A DNA stretch of 64,000 nucleotides from an uncultured Winogradskyella sp. (GTDB taxonomy: Bacteria; Bacteroidota; Bacteroidia; Flavobacteriales; Flavobacteriaceae). The notes beneath the pieces are model-generated. The model worked only from the letters and a program-made list of their open reading frames with translations. It did no database searches and was not told where the DNA came from. Of this stretch, positions 29,001-38,962 are shown one piece after another. Position 1 is the first letter of the stretch; the number at the start of each line of letters is the position of its first letter. The translations under genes and the position numbers were made by a program. Location of the stretch: NCBI RefSeq assembly GCF_947495255.1, contig NZ_CANLYI010000001.1, positions 550,044-614,043 of the forward strand. The letters are read 5' to 3'.

Positions 29001-31077
29001 TACAATTGGAACTTACGACTTCTCTACTGGAACTCCACCAACAGTAACATTACAGCCTTTAGATTCAACATTCGACTGTATCTTTTCGGCAAGTTTTACA
29101 ATTAGTGGTACAGAAGGCTTTGATGGTCCATCACCTCCAGATGCTCAAAATTTAACTTACCAATGGTTTTACAATGTGCCTGGTACTGCTGTATGGACAG
29201 AAATTCTAGCAGGTAATGCAGACTACTCAGGTCAACAATCGGCTACTCTTAACATACCAAATACCGTTAACTTTAATGGTTACCAATACTATTGTCAATT
29301 AAGAGAAGATTCTGCTACATGTTTTGAAGCCTCAAATGCTGTAAAATTAGAAGCATTATCTTCTACTTGGGATGGTACATCTTGGTCTACACCACCAAGC
29401 ATAGATCGCGCAGTAATTATTGATGGTGATTATGATACAAGCGTTGTAACAAACGGTGAAACCAGTTTTAGTGGTTGTAGCCTAATTGTTAATGCTGGCT
29501 ATGAATTACAAGTATCTAACGGCAATTACATAGAAATTGAAAACAATATTATTGCAGATGGTGACATTACTGTATTTACTGCAGGTTCTGTAGTACAAAA
29601 TAACGATTTAGCAACTGTAACAGCCAATGGAACAATTACAGTACAAAAACAAACGAGTATGATTAGTACACCTTATCAATACACGTATTGGAGTTCTCCA
29701 GTGGTTGGTGAAACCATAGAGAACGTATTTTCTACTGTACCAGTATCACGTCGTTTTGTGTTTAATGCTGCAAATTTTGTGGACGACCTTATTGAAAATG
29801 CCAACACAAACACATTCACACCTGGACAAGATGATATTGATGATAATGGTGACGATTGGCAACCTGCTTCAGGCACAATGCTTCCTGGTGTTGGGTATGC
29901 TGCAACAGCAAGTTCTTTTGGCATGTTACCTGCAAATCAGCAATTTCCATTTGTTGGAGCATTTAACAATGGTGTTATTACACCTGCTGTGGTCTATTTA
30001 CCAACAAGTGATTATTCGGATTGGAATTTTATTGGCAACCCTTACCCAAGTGCTATTGATGCTGCACAGTTCTTTTCTGTAAATTCTGGTACTGTAAATA
30101 CCATCTATTTATGGAGTCATGCTACACCAGAAAATATTAATGCTTCTGGTAATGAAGGTGCTAATTTCGCTCAATCTGATTATGCTATAATTTCTGGTAG
30201 TGGCGTAAATACTGCTGGTGGATCTGGTGTAATACCAAATGATTTTGTACCTTCTGGACAAGGTTTCTTTATTGAAACTTTAGACACCTCTCCTATTACC
30301 TTTAATAATGCCATGAGAGTCACTGGTAATAATGATCAATTCTTTAGAAGTGAAACTACAGAAACTAATAGAAAGGTATTATGGTTAAATTTAAGTTCTG
30401 ACAATGGTGTTTCTAAACAAATTGCAGTTGCACACTTAGATGGTGCAACGGATAGTTATGATGGCTCATTTTACGATGTTACTGAAAACAAATCATCAGC
30501 GCTTGCTGCAACATTCTATTCTATTATTTCTGATAGTGCAGATGAACAATTTGTGATTCAAGGAAAAGACCTAAATAGCTTGGACCTTGATGAGATTATT
30601 CCTCTCGGATTTAAAACTACTATTGATGTTGCAACGTTATACACTATTTCAATAGCACAATTTGAAGGTGATTTTTACACAAATAACGATGTCTACATTA
30701 AAGATGACTTATTAAATACAACTCATAATTTAAAAACATCTGATTATACGTTTACATCAGAACCTGGTGAGTTTAATAATCGTTTTGAAATTGTATTTAC
30801 AACTCAGGCACTTTCTATAGACGATATTGTGATGGATACCAATTCTATTTCTATAGTAGAATTAAATGATGGCCAAGTGCAGTTTAAATTGAATTCTAAA
30901 GAATTAAGCATTTCTAATGTTGAGATATTAGATGTTTTAGGAAGACGAATCTATAATTTACAAGCTAATAGTACAACTGAGGTTTATAACTTATCTAAAT
31001 TAAGCCAAGCAGCTTATATTGCTAGAATTACGTTATCTAACGGACAAGTAATTAGTAAAAAGGCAGTAAAAAAATAA
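26032..31077 (+). CDS. Very large secreted multidomain surface protein with a T9SS C-terminal sorting domain
   Basis: Start moved to the ATG at 26032 (MIKNYFLPFIFICLALNFSFGQ). Two ASH/choice-of-anchor-D-like repeats (...TCTVNLTGEG / ...YTFGVSGEG), an IPT/TIG-like segment, and a lamin-tail-like segment (LFISEITDSP...YIELYNGTG). C-terminal ...VEILDVLGRRIYNL...YIARITLSNGQVISKKAVKK. Confidence 0.8.
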   Translation: MIKNYFLPFIFICLALNFSFGQTTIGIQDFESVPATPTMTYTGGSIATGNGPFPTGDDNFVSGSQAIEESDGTSTVLFSSVDASGYTSIYFTFRLASFSGTSGNGADGSDEVFVGVSTDGGATWSDELEIEGNSNARWSFDSGTGTASTTFDGDNSATIFTPSGGGNRTSDGYSTITINDLPNSSNLRVRLIMNNNSGNEYWIVDDAEILGTPAAACTSPTAQPTSLVLNNITSSSIDGSFTASAADSYLVVASSSATLGANPVDGTTYTIGDTLGSGTVIQSSTTTTFSATGLTQNTQYYFFVFAYNGSGCSGGPLYYTPSPLIGDDTSLTGPCLSDNFDSGYGNWTGGSGTYINGTAGNTGNGIGFNDNNDDIITSVALTDPTSLSFIARASGGTSNYTINFEYATAPTGPWTTVSSIVADGSNTGDITTTANTFNINLNLIGDYYIRILQSPRSGGSFYLDDVEIFCGASTPEPELQLVDDTSTNQNCGYTIDFGNVANDGSTADLTFNIDNIGSLDLNISSLAITGEYTIVSPTATPFAIAAGSSQTVTVRFTPTSVGTITGILTINNDDADESTCTVNLTGEGFTPSPEIDVERDTTFASIANGSAANTGNNTIFAGTEIGTATPALKSYYIRNEGTADLNVTSISSSNTAEFSISTNPAPITLIPGDFVQFDIEFSPINSGTRTGTITIVSDDSDENPYTFGVSGEGVCASLSGSISPAEGPAGTIVTIVSPGNDLAGATASLNGVSLTPVSDSTLELVVRLPNTIISGGPLSIQLSNGCTFSNTFNLIDNTIAGCQTTSSTVVGDLFISEITDSPTGSLSYIELYNGTGAPIYFSTTNFSVRIYNNGNTTTFNDIILNSGSVADGDTYVISCGTNDSQCPVTGGDGSLAQVDLATIGASINFFASGNQNIGHDFIGLYDASSSLVDSWGAFGDETWATGLGLGDKGADFQRDINATFPNTTFSTADWIIIDWTDIDCSDVDYSTIGTYDFSTGTPPTVTLQPLDSTFDCIFSASFTISGTEGFDGPSPPDAQNLTYQWFYNVPGTAVWTEILAGNADYSGQQSATLNIPNTVNFNGYQYYCQLREDSATCFEASNAVKLEALSSTWDGTSWSTPPSIDRAVIIDGDYDTSVVTNGETSFSGCSLIVNAGYELQVSNGNYIEIENNIIADGDITVFTAGSVVQNNDLATVTANGTITVQKQTSMISTPYQYTYWSSPVVGETIENVFSTVPVSRRFVFNAANFVDDLIENANTNTFTPGQDDIDDNGDDWQPASGTMLPGVGYAATASSFGMLPANQQFPFVGAFNNGVITPAVVYLPTSDYSDWNFIGNPYPSAIDAAQFFSVNSGTVNTIYLWSHATPENINASGNEGANFAQSDYAIISGSGVNTAGGSGVIPNDFVPSGQGFFIETLDTSPITFNNAMRVTGNNDQFFRSETTETNRKVLWLNLSSDNGVSKQIAVAHLDGATDSYDGSFYDVTENKSSALAATFYSIISDSADEQFVIQGKDLNSLDLDEIIPLGFKTTIDVATLYTISIAQFEGDFYTNNDVYIKDDLLNTTHNLKTSDYTFTSEPGEFNNRFEIVFTTQALSIDDIVMDTNSISIVELNDGQVQFKLNSKELSISNVEILDVLGRRIYNLQANSTTEVYNLSKLSQAAYIARITLSNGQVISKKAVKK

Positions 31078-31109
31078 TACCTATAAAGTTACTTAACGAA
31101 ATAATTAAT

Positions 31110-31143
31110 ACTTTCTTGATACTTGTATTGGGAAAGTTTTTTT
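31110..31143 (+). terminator. Weak candidate terminator after the large gene
   Basis: 6-bp stem actttc / gaaagt with a 16-nt loop, followed by a T7 run. Confidence 0.35.
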
Positions 31144-31167
31144 AGCACATAATATCACTACTATATC

Positions 31168-31512
31168 ATGAAAAAACTAGTACAACTTACCTGTATACTT
31201 GGTCTAATTATTATGACCTCTTGTTCTTCAACAAAAAACATAAACGATTCAGCAAAAGAGGACACTACCTCATCCCAAAACATTGATAATACCGGACGTG
31301 ATGGCAGTTCCTTTGAAAAAGCAATAATTGTTAAAAGTATTAAGGAAGAATACGCGTATGTAAAAAAGGACTGCGTTAATTGCACCATGCTAGGACAAGC
31401 TTTAGCTTACAATGAAAAGAAACCTTTTGATATCCTTAGATTAAAAAATGCAGAAGGAAAAGCAGTCTCTTATTATTTTGACATCTCTATTTTTTTTGGA
31501 AAAGGATTTTAA
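31168..31512 (+). CDS. Small lipoprotein of unknown function
   Basis: 114 aa. Lipobox LIIMTSC; no recognisable motifs. Confidence 0.55.
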   Translation: MKKLVQLTCILGLIIMTSCSSTKNINDSAKEDTTSSQNIDNTGRDGSSFEKAIIVKSIKEEYAYVKKDCVNCTMLGQALAYNEKKPFDILRLKNAEGKAVSYYFDISIFFGKGF

Positions 31513-31619
31513 CCAACTATACCTAAATATAACTTAGAGCTGCGTCGGATATGCGTCGGGTTTCCTTCGGGTAGTCCTGAGATTAAGTTTGAATACCACA
31601 GACTGTTTGATATCTTCTA

Positions 31620-34064
31620 TTACAATGTATATTTTAAAGCAAGTACTAAGTTTCTTCCTGCTGCAGATAATCCAGAAGAATATGGTCGGTAACGTTGGTC
31701 TGTTATATTCTCTAAACTGGCTGTGAGACTCCAATTTTCGTTATGCTTATATTGGGTTCTTAAGTTAAACGTGTACCAAGATGGTGCATACGGATTGCCA
31801 TCACTATCTTTTGCGTACAAATAATCTTTAGCAGCTTCTGATGGTGCCAATTGACTATTAGAAAATTCATTATTATACACTAAAAACGTATCTACTAAGA
31901 ATTTTTCGGTCTTCCACTTTAAATGTGTTTCTCCAAAACTTGGCGCCACGTGTCTTATGGGTTCTTCTACACCTTCATTATCTTCCGTTCCACCTATGAT
32001 GTTGTATTGCGAACGCAATTTTAAATGTTTAGAGAAATTGATATCCATACCAACTTCAAACCCATAAATCCATGCTTTAGATGCATTTTGTATGGCTTGT
32101 ACAGTACTTAATTCGCCATCGTACATAATCTCGGTTTCACCATTTAACTCGTAATCTCTTCTGATTAAGGCATTATCTAAAAAGGTATAATATGCGGCTA
32201 AATCTATAACAACTTTATCATCAAAATTCAACTTTAAACCTAATTCGCCACCATAGGCATATTCGGCTTTTAAATCTTTATTAGGTACTACTACAGAACC
32301 AGGCTCTGAATCAAACACCTTACCAATATCATCAATATTTGGTGCTCTAAAGGCTGTTGACGCATTTAGTTTCCATTGTATCATATCACTTGGCGACCAA
32401 GTAATACCTGCAGTACCTGTTAATGCACCAGTATCTACTCTAGCGTCATCAAAAGGTAGGTTTAAAAAGACATTGTTTGCCGTGAAATCGGCTTTAGAAA
32501 TCACTTGATTATAACGCAAACCAGACTGAAACACAAACTTGCTATTTGGTTTATACTTTAAACTGGCGTAAGCTGCAAACGACTGCCAAGTAGCATCATT
32601 TGGATAACGCGTTACGGCTGCTGTACTAGTACTGGTTTCAATATTCTGTTCTTCGCCAACAGAACCCACTAAATTATACAGATATTCTGCACCATAAAAG
32701 AGCGAGATTTTACTGTTAAATCGTTTTTCAAAATCGACATTAAGCGAAATAGCATCGACATTTTCTTCTCTCACATCTCTTAGTACCGATTGAAAATCAC
32801 GATCTCGCCTACTCTCTTTAAAATTTTGATAAGCTAGTGTGGTTTGTATTTTATTATAGAAACTTGATTTACTACTCAGTTTTGTGAGCTGAAAATTACT
32901 CATAAACCATTGTTGTGGTCCATAACTCCATTCTGCAGAGCGTAAATTATCATTGCGATATCGCAATAATCGATCATACCTAGAATAATCTGAGGTGGTA
33001 GAATAATACACACCAAAATCGAAATCTAAATTATCTGAAGGTTCATAACGCACCTTTTGCATTAAATTTATTTGATTGTAACCAGTAGGATTTTGAATTT
33101 GCGGATTAGAATTAGCCACAATAACATCTTCACCATTTTGTTGTTCTACATACTCTAATCGTAAATAATCATCTGGTCCATGACTTCCCATTCTTAAATC
33201 GTTGAAATCGGTATAAGTAACACTCGTTAAAAATGCCCATTTTTTATAACCAAGATTAACATCTATATGTCCTGTTTTTTCATTGCTTGCTGTGGCATAT
33301 CTGCTCATTGCATTAGCACTTAAATACAAATCATCTTTATAAGACAGTTGTGGTTTTTTAGTATAAAAACTCATAACACCTCCAATAGCATCACTACCAT
33401 ATACTACAGAACCTGCGCCAAGAGTGACTTCGGTATTGTGAACTGCAAGTGGATCAATTGAGATAACATTTTGAAGGTTTCCACCTCTAAAAATGGCATT
33501 ATTCATACGTACACCATCTACAGTAATTAATAATCTGTTGGTAGAAAATCCTCTAATCATAGGACTTCCGCCTCCTAATTGACTTTTCTGAATATAGATA
33601 TTCCCAGTATTATTTAATAAATCTGCACTGGTTTGTGGGTTTGCAAAAGCAATATCACTAGCATTTAAACTGACGATTGTTTGTGGAATTTCGCGTTTAT
33701 TTTGTTCAAATTTTGAAGCCGAGATTACAATTTTTTTTAAATATTCGACCTTAGGTGTGAGATAAATAGTATCATTAAGCTTTGCAATTTGCGACTTCGT
33801 AAATGTTCGTTTTTCGTATAGAAAATTCTTAAAAACGATAGTTTCTTTATCCTTAAATCCATCTATAGATACATGTCCGTTATAATCGGTTACCAAGGTC
33901 TTACTTTTATTTGGGTTATATACAGACACACCGAGAATAGGCATATTAGTATCCACCTCTAAAACAGTAACGGTTTGCCCAATCGCCATTTGAAATAGAA
34001 AAAATGAAATGATAGCTAATAGATAATTATTCTTCACTCGTAAACTCATTATCAATAAAAACAT
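31620..34064 (-). CDS. TonB-dependent receptor
   Basis: 814 aa. Carboxypeptidase-regulatory-like N-terminus, plug (...ITVDGVRMNNAIFRGGNLQN...), C-terminal ...LALKYTL. An alternative ATG lies 6 codons downstream. Confidence 0.88.
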   Translation of the reverse strand: MFLLIMSLRVKNNYLLAIISFFLFQMAIGQTVTVLEVDTNMPILGVSVYNPNKSKTLVTDYNGHVSIDGFKDKETIVFKNFLYEKRTFTKSQIAKLNDTIYLTPKVEYLKKIVISASKFEQNKREIPQTIVSLNASDIAFANPQTSADLLNNTGNIYIQKSQLGGGSPMIRGFSTNRLLITVDGVRMNNAIFRGGNLQNVISIDPLAVHNTEVTLGAGSVVYGSDAIGGVMSFYTKKPQLSYKDDLYLSANAMSRYATASNEKTGHIDVNLGYKKWAFLTSVTYTDFNDLRMGSHGPDDYLRLEYVEQQNGEDVIVANSNPQIQNPTGYNQINLMQKVRYEPSDNLDFDFGVYYSTTSDYSRYDRLLRYRNDNLRSAEWSYGPQQWFMSNFQLTKLSSKSSFYNKIQTTLAYQNFKESRRDRDFQSVLRDVREENVDAISLNVDFEKRFNSKISLFYGAEYLYNLVGSVGEEQNIETSTSTAAVTRYPNDATWQSFAAYASLKYKPNSKFVFQSGLRYNQVISKADFTANNVFLNLPFDDARVDTGALTGTAGITWSPSDMIQWKLNASTAFRAPNIDDIGKVFDSEPGSVVVPNKDLKAEYAYGGELGLKLNFDDKVVIDLAAYYTFLDNALIRRDYELNGETEIMYDGELSTVQAIQNASKAWIYGFEVGMDINFSKHLKLRSQYNIIGGTEDNEGVEEPIRHVAPSFGETHLKWKTEKFLVDTFLVYNNEFSNSQLAPSEAAKDYLYAKDSDGNPYAPSWYTFNLRTQYKHNENWSLTASLENITDQRYRPYSSGLSAAGRNLVLALKYTL

Positions 34065-34079
34065 CGTTTTGGTAACTAC

Positions 34080-34799
34080 TTAATGAAACACTTCGTTAAG
34101 CACTTGTAATGATTTTGGTTTCTTAAAACTGCCCAAATGTAATTCAAAATAATACAACAGCATATTCAAAAACTCTTGTCTTTGTGTGGCATTGATTTTT
34201 ATCGTTTTTAAAGCCTCAAAATTTGTGCCTAAAAGCTGTTTTAACAGTGTTAAATTTGAGCCAGAAATGGAGTAAATTCCATTATTTGTAGCTTCAAAAA
34301 CGCCAGATTCTAGATTAAAATAGGTGTAATTATTATCAAGGTTTTCAGGCTGAAAACCTAAGTAACGTGTTAACTTTAAAAGAAATAAAAGATGAAAATT
34401 AGAAAATTGATCTTCGTTGTCTAAATATTGAAGTGCTGCTGCAATAAATTCATACAAACCTTCATTCTTCTCCTCCTCTTTTAAAACGTTTGAAAGAATT
34501 TCAGCCAAAAACAAAACAATAGAACTTTTATAAATGTTGGTATGAAGACTTTTGTAAATGTAATTGAACTTTACTTCTTTTATAAAATGAAGTGTTTGGT
34601 TAGGCTTATAAAATTCTTCGATTTGAAGTTGAGACAATGCTTGATAATACACGGTTTTAGACAATCCCTTTTTAGATTTTAAAACACCTTTAAGTAAATA
34701 ACTTACAACACCACGTTGTTGCGTGTAGCATTTAACAATAAGATCGTACTCTCTGTATTTTAGTTTTGAAAGTACAATACTGTTGTTTTTTGAGAGCAT
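34080..34799 (-). CDS. recO: DNA repair protein RecO
   Basis: 239 aa. N-terminal OB region (IVLSKLKYREYDLIVKCYT...GVVSYLLKG). Confidence 0.8.
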   Translation of the reverse strand: MLSKNNSIVLSKLKYREYDLIVKCYTQQRGVVSYLLKGVLKSKKGLSKTVYYQALSQLQIEEFYKPNQTLHFIKEVKFNYIYKSLHTNIYKSSIVLFLAEILSNVLKEEEKNEGLYEFIAAALQYLDNEDQFSNFHLLFLLKLTRYLGFQPENLDNNYTYFNLESGVFEATNNGIYSISGSNLTLLKQLLGTNFEALKTIKINATQRQEFLNMLLYYFELHLGSFKKPKSLQVLNEVFH

Positions 34800-34802
34800 C
34801 TT

Positions 34803-37190
34803 TTATCTAACTATTAATACTTTGAGAACTTTTGTTTCAAAAGAATCTAAATCTGAAATTAGTATTACGTATACACCTGTTCTTACTACGGAGTTTCCTA
34901 GGTTTTTACCATTCCATACAGCAGTTCCACCATCAATGGCAAAATTATAATTAGTATTAGAAGATCTAAGATTAATGTTAGATTGTGCTTCTGCGACTAA
35001 ATTCCCTTCAATATCAGTGATTTTAACATTAACGTTATCTGTAAGTCCACTTACTTTTACGCCTTTGGTAATATCATTTAGATTATTAAAACCAAGAATG
35101 TTGTATTCTGGTCGCACAGGATTAGGATAGACAAAAGCATCATCTAAGCTTTCTTTAGTATCTGACCCACCAGCTTTAAAGGCCAATAAACCTTTATCTG
35201 TAGCTATATAGACTATACCATTATCAGAATCTATTGAAACATCATTTACCGTATTAGAAGGTAATGGCGAATTATCTTTTGTAAAGTGATAAATGGTGGT
35301 TTGGCCATCTGGAGAAAAATAAAACACACCCGAATCTATTGTACTAATCCATTTATTATTAGAACCATCCACTTCTATATCTGTAATTACCTGACCCTCT
35401 AATAATTCTTTTGCAATGCCATCTTCTAAGATAATAACTTGACTTAGAGAAGGGCTAGGATCATTATAAAAACCAGAAGTATTATATAATACTCTTAACC
35501 CTTTTGTTGTACCTATCCAAAGCTGATTATTATTATCTATAGCCAAGCTAATAAACCTTGTAAAAGGATCAATGGTTGAGTCTGATGTATTGATATTTCT
35601 TAAAGGATTATTTGAAACACTTTCATTATAGGCCAATAAACCATTATCATAAGAGCCAATCCATTTGGTACCATTATTATCTATTTCAATTTCAAAAAAA
35701 CCATCTTCATCAGAAAAACCGTCTTCTATTAAACTTGTAAAACTATAACTCTGCCAATTTCCTGTAGAAGGATTGTAAGATTTTAATGGATTATCTATTC
35801 TACTCGATACGGACCAAAGTAAGCCATCGTTATCAAATTTAGAATCAGTAATTCTAATACTTACAGCATTAGGGTCGTTTGGATCATTTAATGATTCTAA
35901 ACCACTGTTACTTTCATCATGCAATTCTGTAGGCTCAAAATTGTTTAATTCTAATAAACCCGAATGAACTGCACTTATAAAAACCTGTCTTGTGTTAAAA
36001 GGATTAATTGAAATCTCGGATAAATTTTTTGCTCCAAAAATACTATCGTAAGGTATGTTTTCCCATTTTTCATTTCTAAAATAGCTTAATCCTAAGCTTT
36101 TTAAAGGATAAGGATTTATTGAAGAAGAATAATCTCCAAACGTAGCAAACACACTTTCAGTATCAGAATTTAACCTAAACACATTATTATTTAATGGTCC
36201 GTTTGGCTTAATCTCGGTATATAAACTTGAACCGTCTAATGAAATTTCTAGAACTCCTAACTCTATTGTGCCAATGTAAACATTGTTATCTACAATTGTT
36301 GTAGACGTAAAACTAGTATTGAAATCTGAATTTGGTTGCAACGTATTTACAAGCTGGAGGTTCTCATTGTAAACACGACTAGCTGTTTCCATTGTATAAA
36401 TTAAGTGATTATTTGAGACCTCAGCATCAAGAGGTAATAATGGTAATGTTGTTATTGTGTTGATTGTAGCGCCATCAATTTCATATAATACTTTATTAGA
36501 CCGAACTGAATAAATTGTGTTATTAATAGTATTTATTGTTTGATAACTACCTGATATAACTGTTTGCCATTGCTGATAATCTATTAAATTAGGATTACTT
36601 AAGTCAGCCTTTTTTATACCATTGTTATCTGAACAAGCCACGAAAATTTCATTGTTAAAAATCGTAGTCTGTTTTACAGAAATTTGAGTTCCGTTATCAC
36701 CAATAAAATAAGTATCACCAAATTCTAAACCACTTAAATCATAAATAGAAATACCATAATCAGTAGAAATGTATACTAATCCATCGTCTTCATAAAAGTG
36801 ATTAATCCTTTTATTTGCCGGTGTAATGTTTTGCTTATCTAAGATATCTACTATGGTAAGAACTGAGTCTTCAATCTCAGAGTACAATTCTAATAAACCA
36901 GACTCATAACCAATTAGAAGGTATTGATAAATATCACTATAATAAATAGTGGTTATAGAATCACCTGATAAACCATCTACAGTGGTAATTGTTTTAATCT
37001 CATTTGTTAATGTATCATATTCAAATATGGCATTTTCAGCCGCAGCATAAATTTTATGTTCTCCACTAACAACATCAACAATATTATTGTACGAAAAATG
37101 CCCTTGCCATAACGCTGAGAAATCTTGACTATAACATGAAGCAGAAAGCCCAAAAACTAGAATAAAAATTTTAAAAACAGAATTGCGCAT
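34803..37190 (-). CDS. Beta-propeller (two-component-regulator propeller type) protein with a T9SS C-terminal domain; PorZ-like
   Basis: 795 aa. Signal peptide, repetitive propeller blades (…W(I/V)GT..GL…), C-terminal ...VRTGVYVILISDLDSFETKVLKVLIVR. The recO neighbourhood fits. Confidence 0.55.
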   Translation of the reverse strand: MRNSVFKIFILVFGLSASCYSQDFSALWQGHFSYNNIVDVVSGEHKIYAAAENAIFEYDTLTNEIKTITTVDGLSGDSITTIYYSDIYQYLLIGYESGLLELYSEIEDSVLTIVDILDKQNITPANKRINHFYEDDGLVYISTDYGISIYDLSGLEFGDTYFIGDNGTQISVKQTTIFNNEIFVACSDNNGIKKADLSNPNLIDYQQWQTVISGSYQTINTINNTIYSVRSNKVLYEIDGATINTITTLPLLPLDAEVSNNHLIYTMETASRVYNENLQLVNTLQPNSDFNTSFTSTTIVDNNVYIGTIELGVLEISLDGSSLYTEIKPNGPLNNNVFRLNSDTESVFATFGDYSSSINPYPLKSLGLSYFRNEKWENIPYDSIFGAKNLSEISINPFNTRQVFISAVHSGLLELNNFEPTELHDESNSGLESLNDPNDPNAVSIRITDSKFDNDGLLWSVSSRIDNPLKSYNPSTGNWQSYSFTSLIEDGFSDEDGFFEIEIDNNGTKWIGSYDNGLLAYNESVSNNPLRNINTSDSTIDPFTRFISLAIDNNNQLWIGTTKGLRVLYNTSGFYNDPSPSLSQVIILEDGIAKELLEGQVITDIEVDGSNNKWISTIDSGVFYFSPDGQTTIYHFTKDNSPLPSNTVNDVSIDSDNGIVYIATDKGLLAFKAGGSDTKESLDDAFVYPNPVRPEYNILGFNNLNDITKGVKVSGLTDNVNVKITDIEGNLVAEAQSNINLRSSNTNYNFAIDGGTAVWNGKNLGNSVVRTGVYVILISDLDSFETKVLKVLIVR

Positions 37191-37260
37191 TCGTTAATTA
37201 GGTTTGGTCAAAGATATTTAATAGTAACGAAAATATAGTGCATATCATATATTAAGTCAT

Positions 37261-37291
37261 AAAAAAAACTTCTACAAAAATTGCAGAAGCT
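37261..37291 (-). terminator. Rho-independent terminator after gdhA
   Basis: On the minus strand: gcttctgc aattttt gtagaagt followed by T8. Confidence 0.6.
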
Positions 37292-37315
37292 TAATCATTA
37301 TAATTTATATGCTCA

Positions 37316-38659
37316 TTAAACCACACCTTGCGCTAACATAGCATCTGCCACTTTAACGAAACCTGCAATATTAGCTCCTTTTATATAATCTATAGAACCG
37401 TCTTCATTTAAACCATATTCTACACAAGAATCATGAATATCTTCCATAATATCTTTTAATTTAGAATCTACCTCTTCTCGAGACCAGCTTAAACGCAATG
37501 AGTTTTGGCTCATTTCTAAACCAGATGTTGCAACACCACCTGCATTTGAGGCTTTACCTGGAGCAAATAATATTTTTGCTTTTTGAAACTCATGAACAGC
37601 ATCTGGTGTTGAAGGCATATTTGCACCTTCAGAAACACAAATACATCCATTATCTATTAACTGTTTTGCTTCTTCACCATTTAACTCATTTTGAGTTGCA
37701 CATGGTAATGCGATATCACATTTTACAGACCAAGGTCTTTCACCGGCTACATATTTAGCATTAGGATAAGTCTCTAAATACTCACTAATTCTACCACGTT
37801 TTTCATTTTTTAAATACATAACGTGTTTAAGCTTATCTGTATCAATACCGGCTTCATCATAAATGTATCCACCAGAATCTGATAATGTTAAAACTTTAGC
37901 GCCTAATTCTATTGCTTTTTCTGCTGCATATTGTGCAACGTTACCAGACCCAGAAATAACTACGGTTTTACCATCAAAAGAATCTTCATTTCTCTGTAGC
38001 ATATTTTGTGCAAAATATACATTACCGTAACCTGTAGCCTCAGGTCTTATTAATGATCCTCCCCAAGATGCGCCTTTACCAGTTAATACACCTGTAAATG
38101 TGTTGTTCAATTTTTTATACATCCCAAACATAAAACCAATTTCCCTTGCACCAACGCCAATATCACCAGCTGGTACATCAGTATTATGACCAATATGTCT
38201 GAATAATTCTGTCATAAATGCATGACAGAAACGCATAATTTCATTATCTGACTTTCCTTTTGGGTCAAAATCAGAACCACCTTTTCCTCCACCCATTGGT
38301 AAAGTTGTTAGTGAATTTTTAAAAACTTGCTCAAATGCTAAAAATTTTAAAATACTAGCATTTACGGTTGGATGAAAACGTAAACCTCCTTTGTATGGTC
38401 CTATTGCAGAATTCATTTGAACCCTATAACCTCTGTTAACTTGTATTTCTCCAGAGTCATCAACCCAACTCACTCTAAAAGAAATCAATCTTTCTGGTTC
38501 TACCATTCTCAAAAGAATGTTTTTACCATTATAAATATCATTTTTAGCTATGTAAGGAATTACGGTTTCCGCAACTTCTTGTACAGCTTGTAAAAATTCT
38601 GGCTCGTGACCATTACGCTCTTTGACTAAGTCTAAAAAAGCTTCAATCTTTTCTTTCAT
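37316..38659 (-). CDS. gdhA: NADP-specific glutamate dehydrogenase
   Basis: 447 aa. LPMGGGKGGSDFDPKGKSD catalytic-Lys motif; GSGNVAQYA Rossmann motif. Confidence 0.96.
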   Translation of the reverse strand: MKEKIEAFLDLVKERNGHEPEFLQAVQEVAETVIPYIAKNDIYNGKNILLRMVEPERLISFRVSWVDDSGEIQVNRGYRVQMNSAIGPYKGGLRFHPTVNASILKFLAFEQVFKNSLTTLPMGGGKGGSDFDPKGKSDNEIMRFCHAFMTELFRHIGHNTDVPAGDIGVGAREIGFMFGMYKKLNNTFTGVLTGKGASWGGSLIRPEATGYGNVYFAQNMLQRNEDSFDGKTVVISGSGNVAQYAAEKAIELGAKVLTLSDSGGYIYDEAGIDTDKLKHVMYLKNEKRGRISEYLETYPNAKYVAGERPWSVKCDIALPCATQNELNGEEAKQLIDNGCICVSEGANMPSTPDAVHEFQKAKILFAPGKASNAGGVATSGLEMSQNSLRLSWSREEVDSKLKDIMEDIHDSCVEYGLNEDGSIDYIKGANIAGFVKVADAMLAQGVV

Positions 38660-38924
38660 ATTTATGTTATATTACATTTTATGTTTAAATTGTTGGCAGC
38701 AATAACAATTATTGCATCACCAGAATTGTATAAAACTCAATATATTAGACCAATATTATTGAATTATAATATATTGGGTGCAAATATACGTTATCTATAA
38801 AAATAAGTATATATTTTTTTATTATTCTCAAAAGGTTTTTTTATCTCTGCTTCTGTTTATTTTCTTTAAAAAATAATAATTAATGCATTTTATCCGTTTT
38901 ATTTGGTATTTCGTCGAGTTTTTA

Positions 38925-38932
38925 TATATTTG
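38925..38932 (+). promoter_or_regulatory. -7 promoter box (tatatttg) for the 38963 gene
   Basis: Exact TAnnTTTG 30 nt upstream of the ATG. Confidence 0.45.
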
Positions 38933-38962
38933 CTCGGTAAATATTCATTAATGTATAATTAG

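Noticed and set aside
31531-31589. Locally GC-rich stretch with the direct repeat GCGTCGG x2 (31542-31548, 31553-31559) between two convergent genes; considered as a small RNA or riboswitch-like element
   Set aside because: Apart from a possible 6-bp closing helix (aactta/taagtt) and a cc-UUCG-gg mini-hairpin, I could not fold it into a convincing structure. It matches no RNA family I recognise. It may be a weak terminator or decayed sequence.
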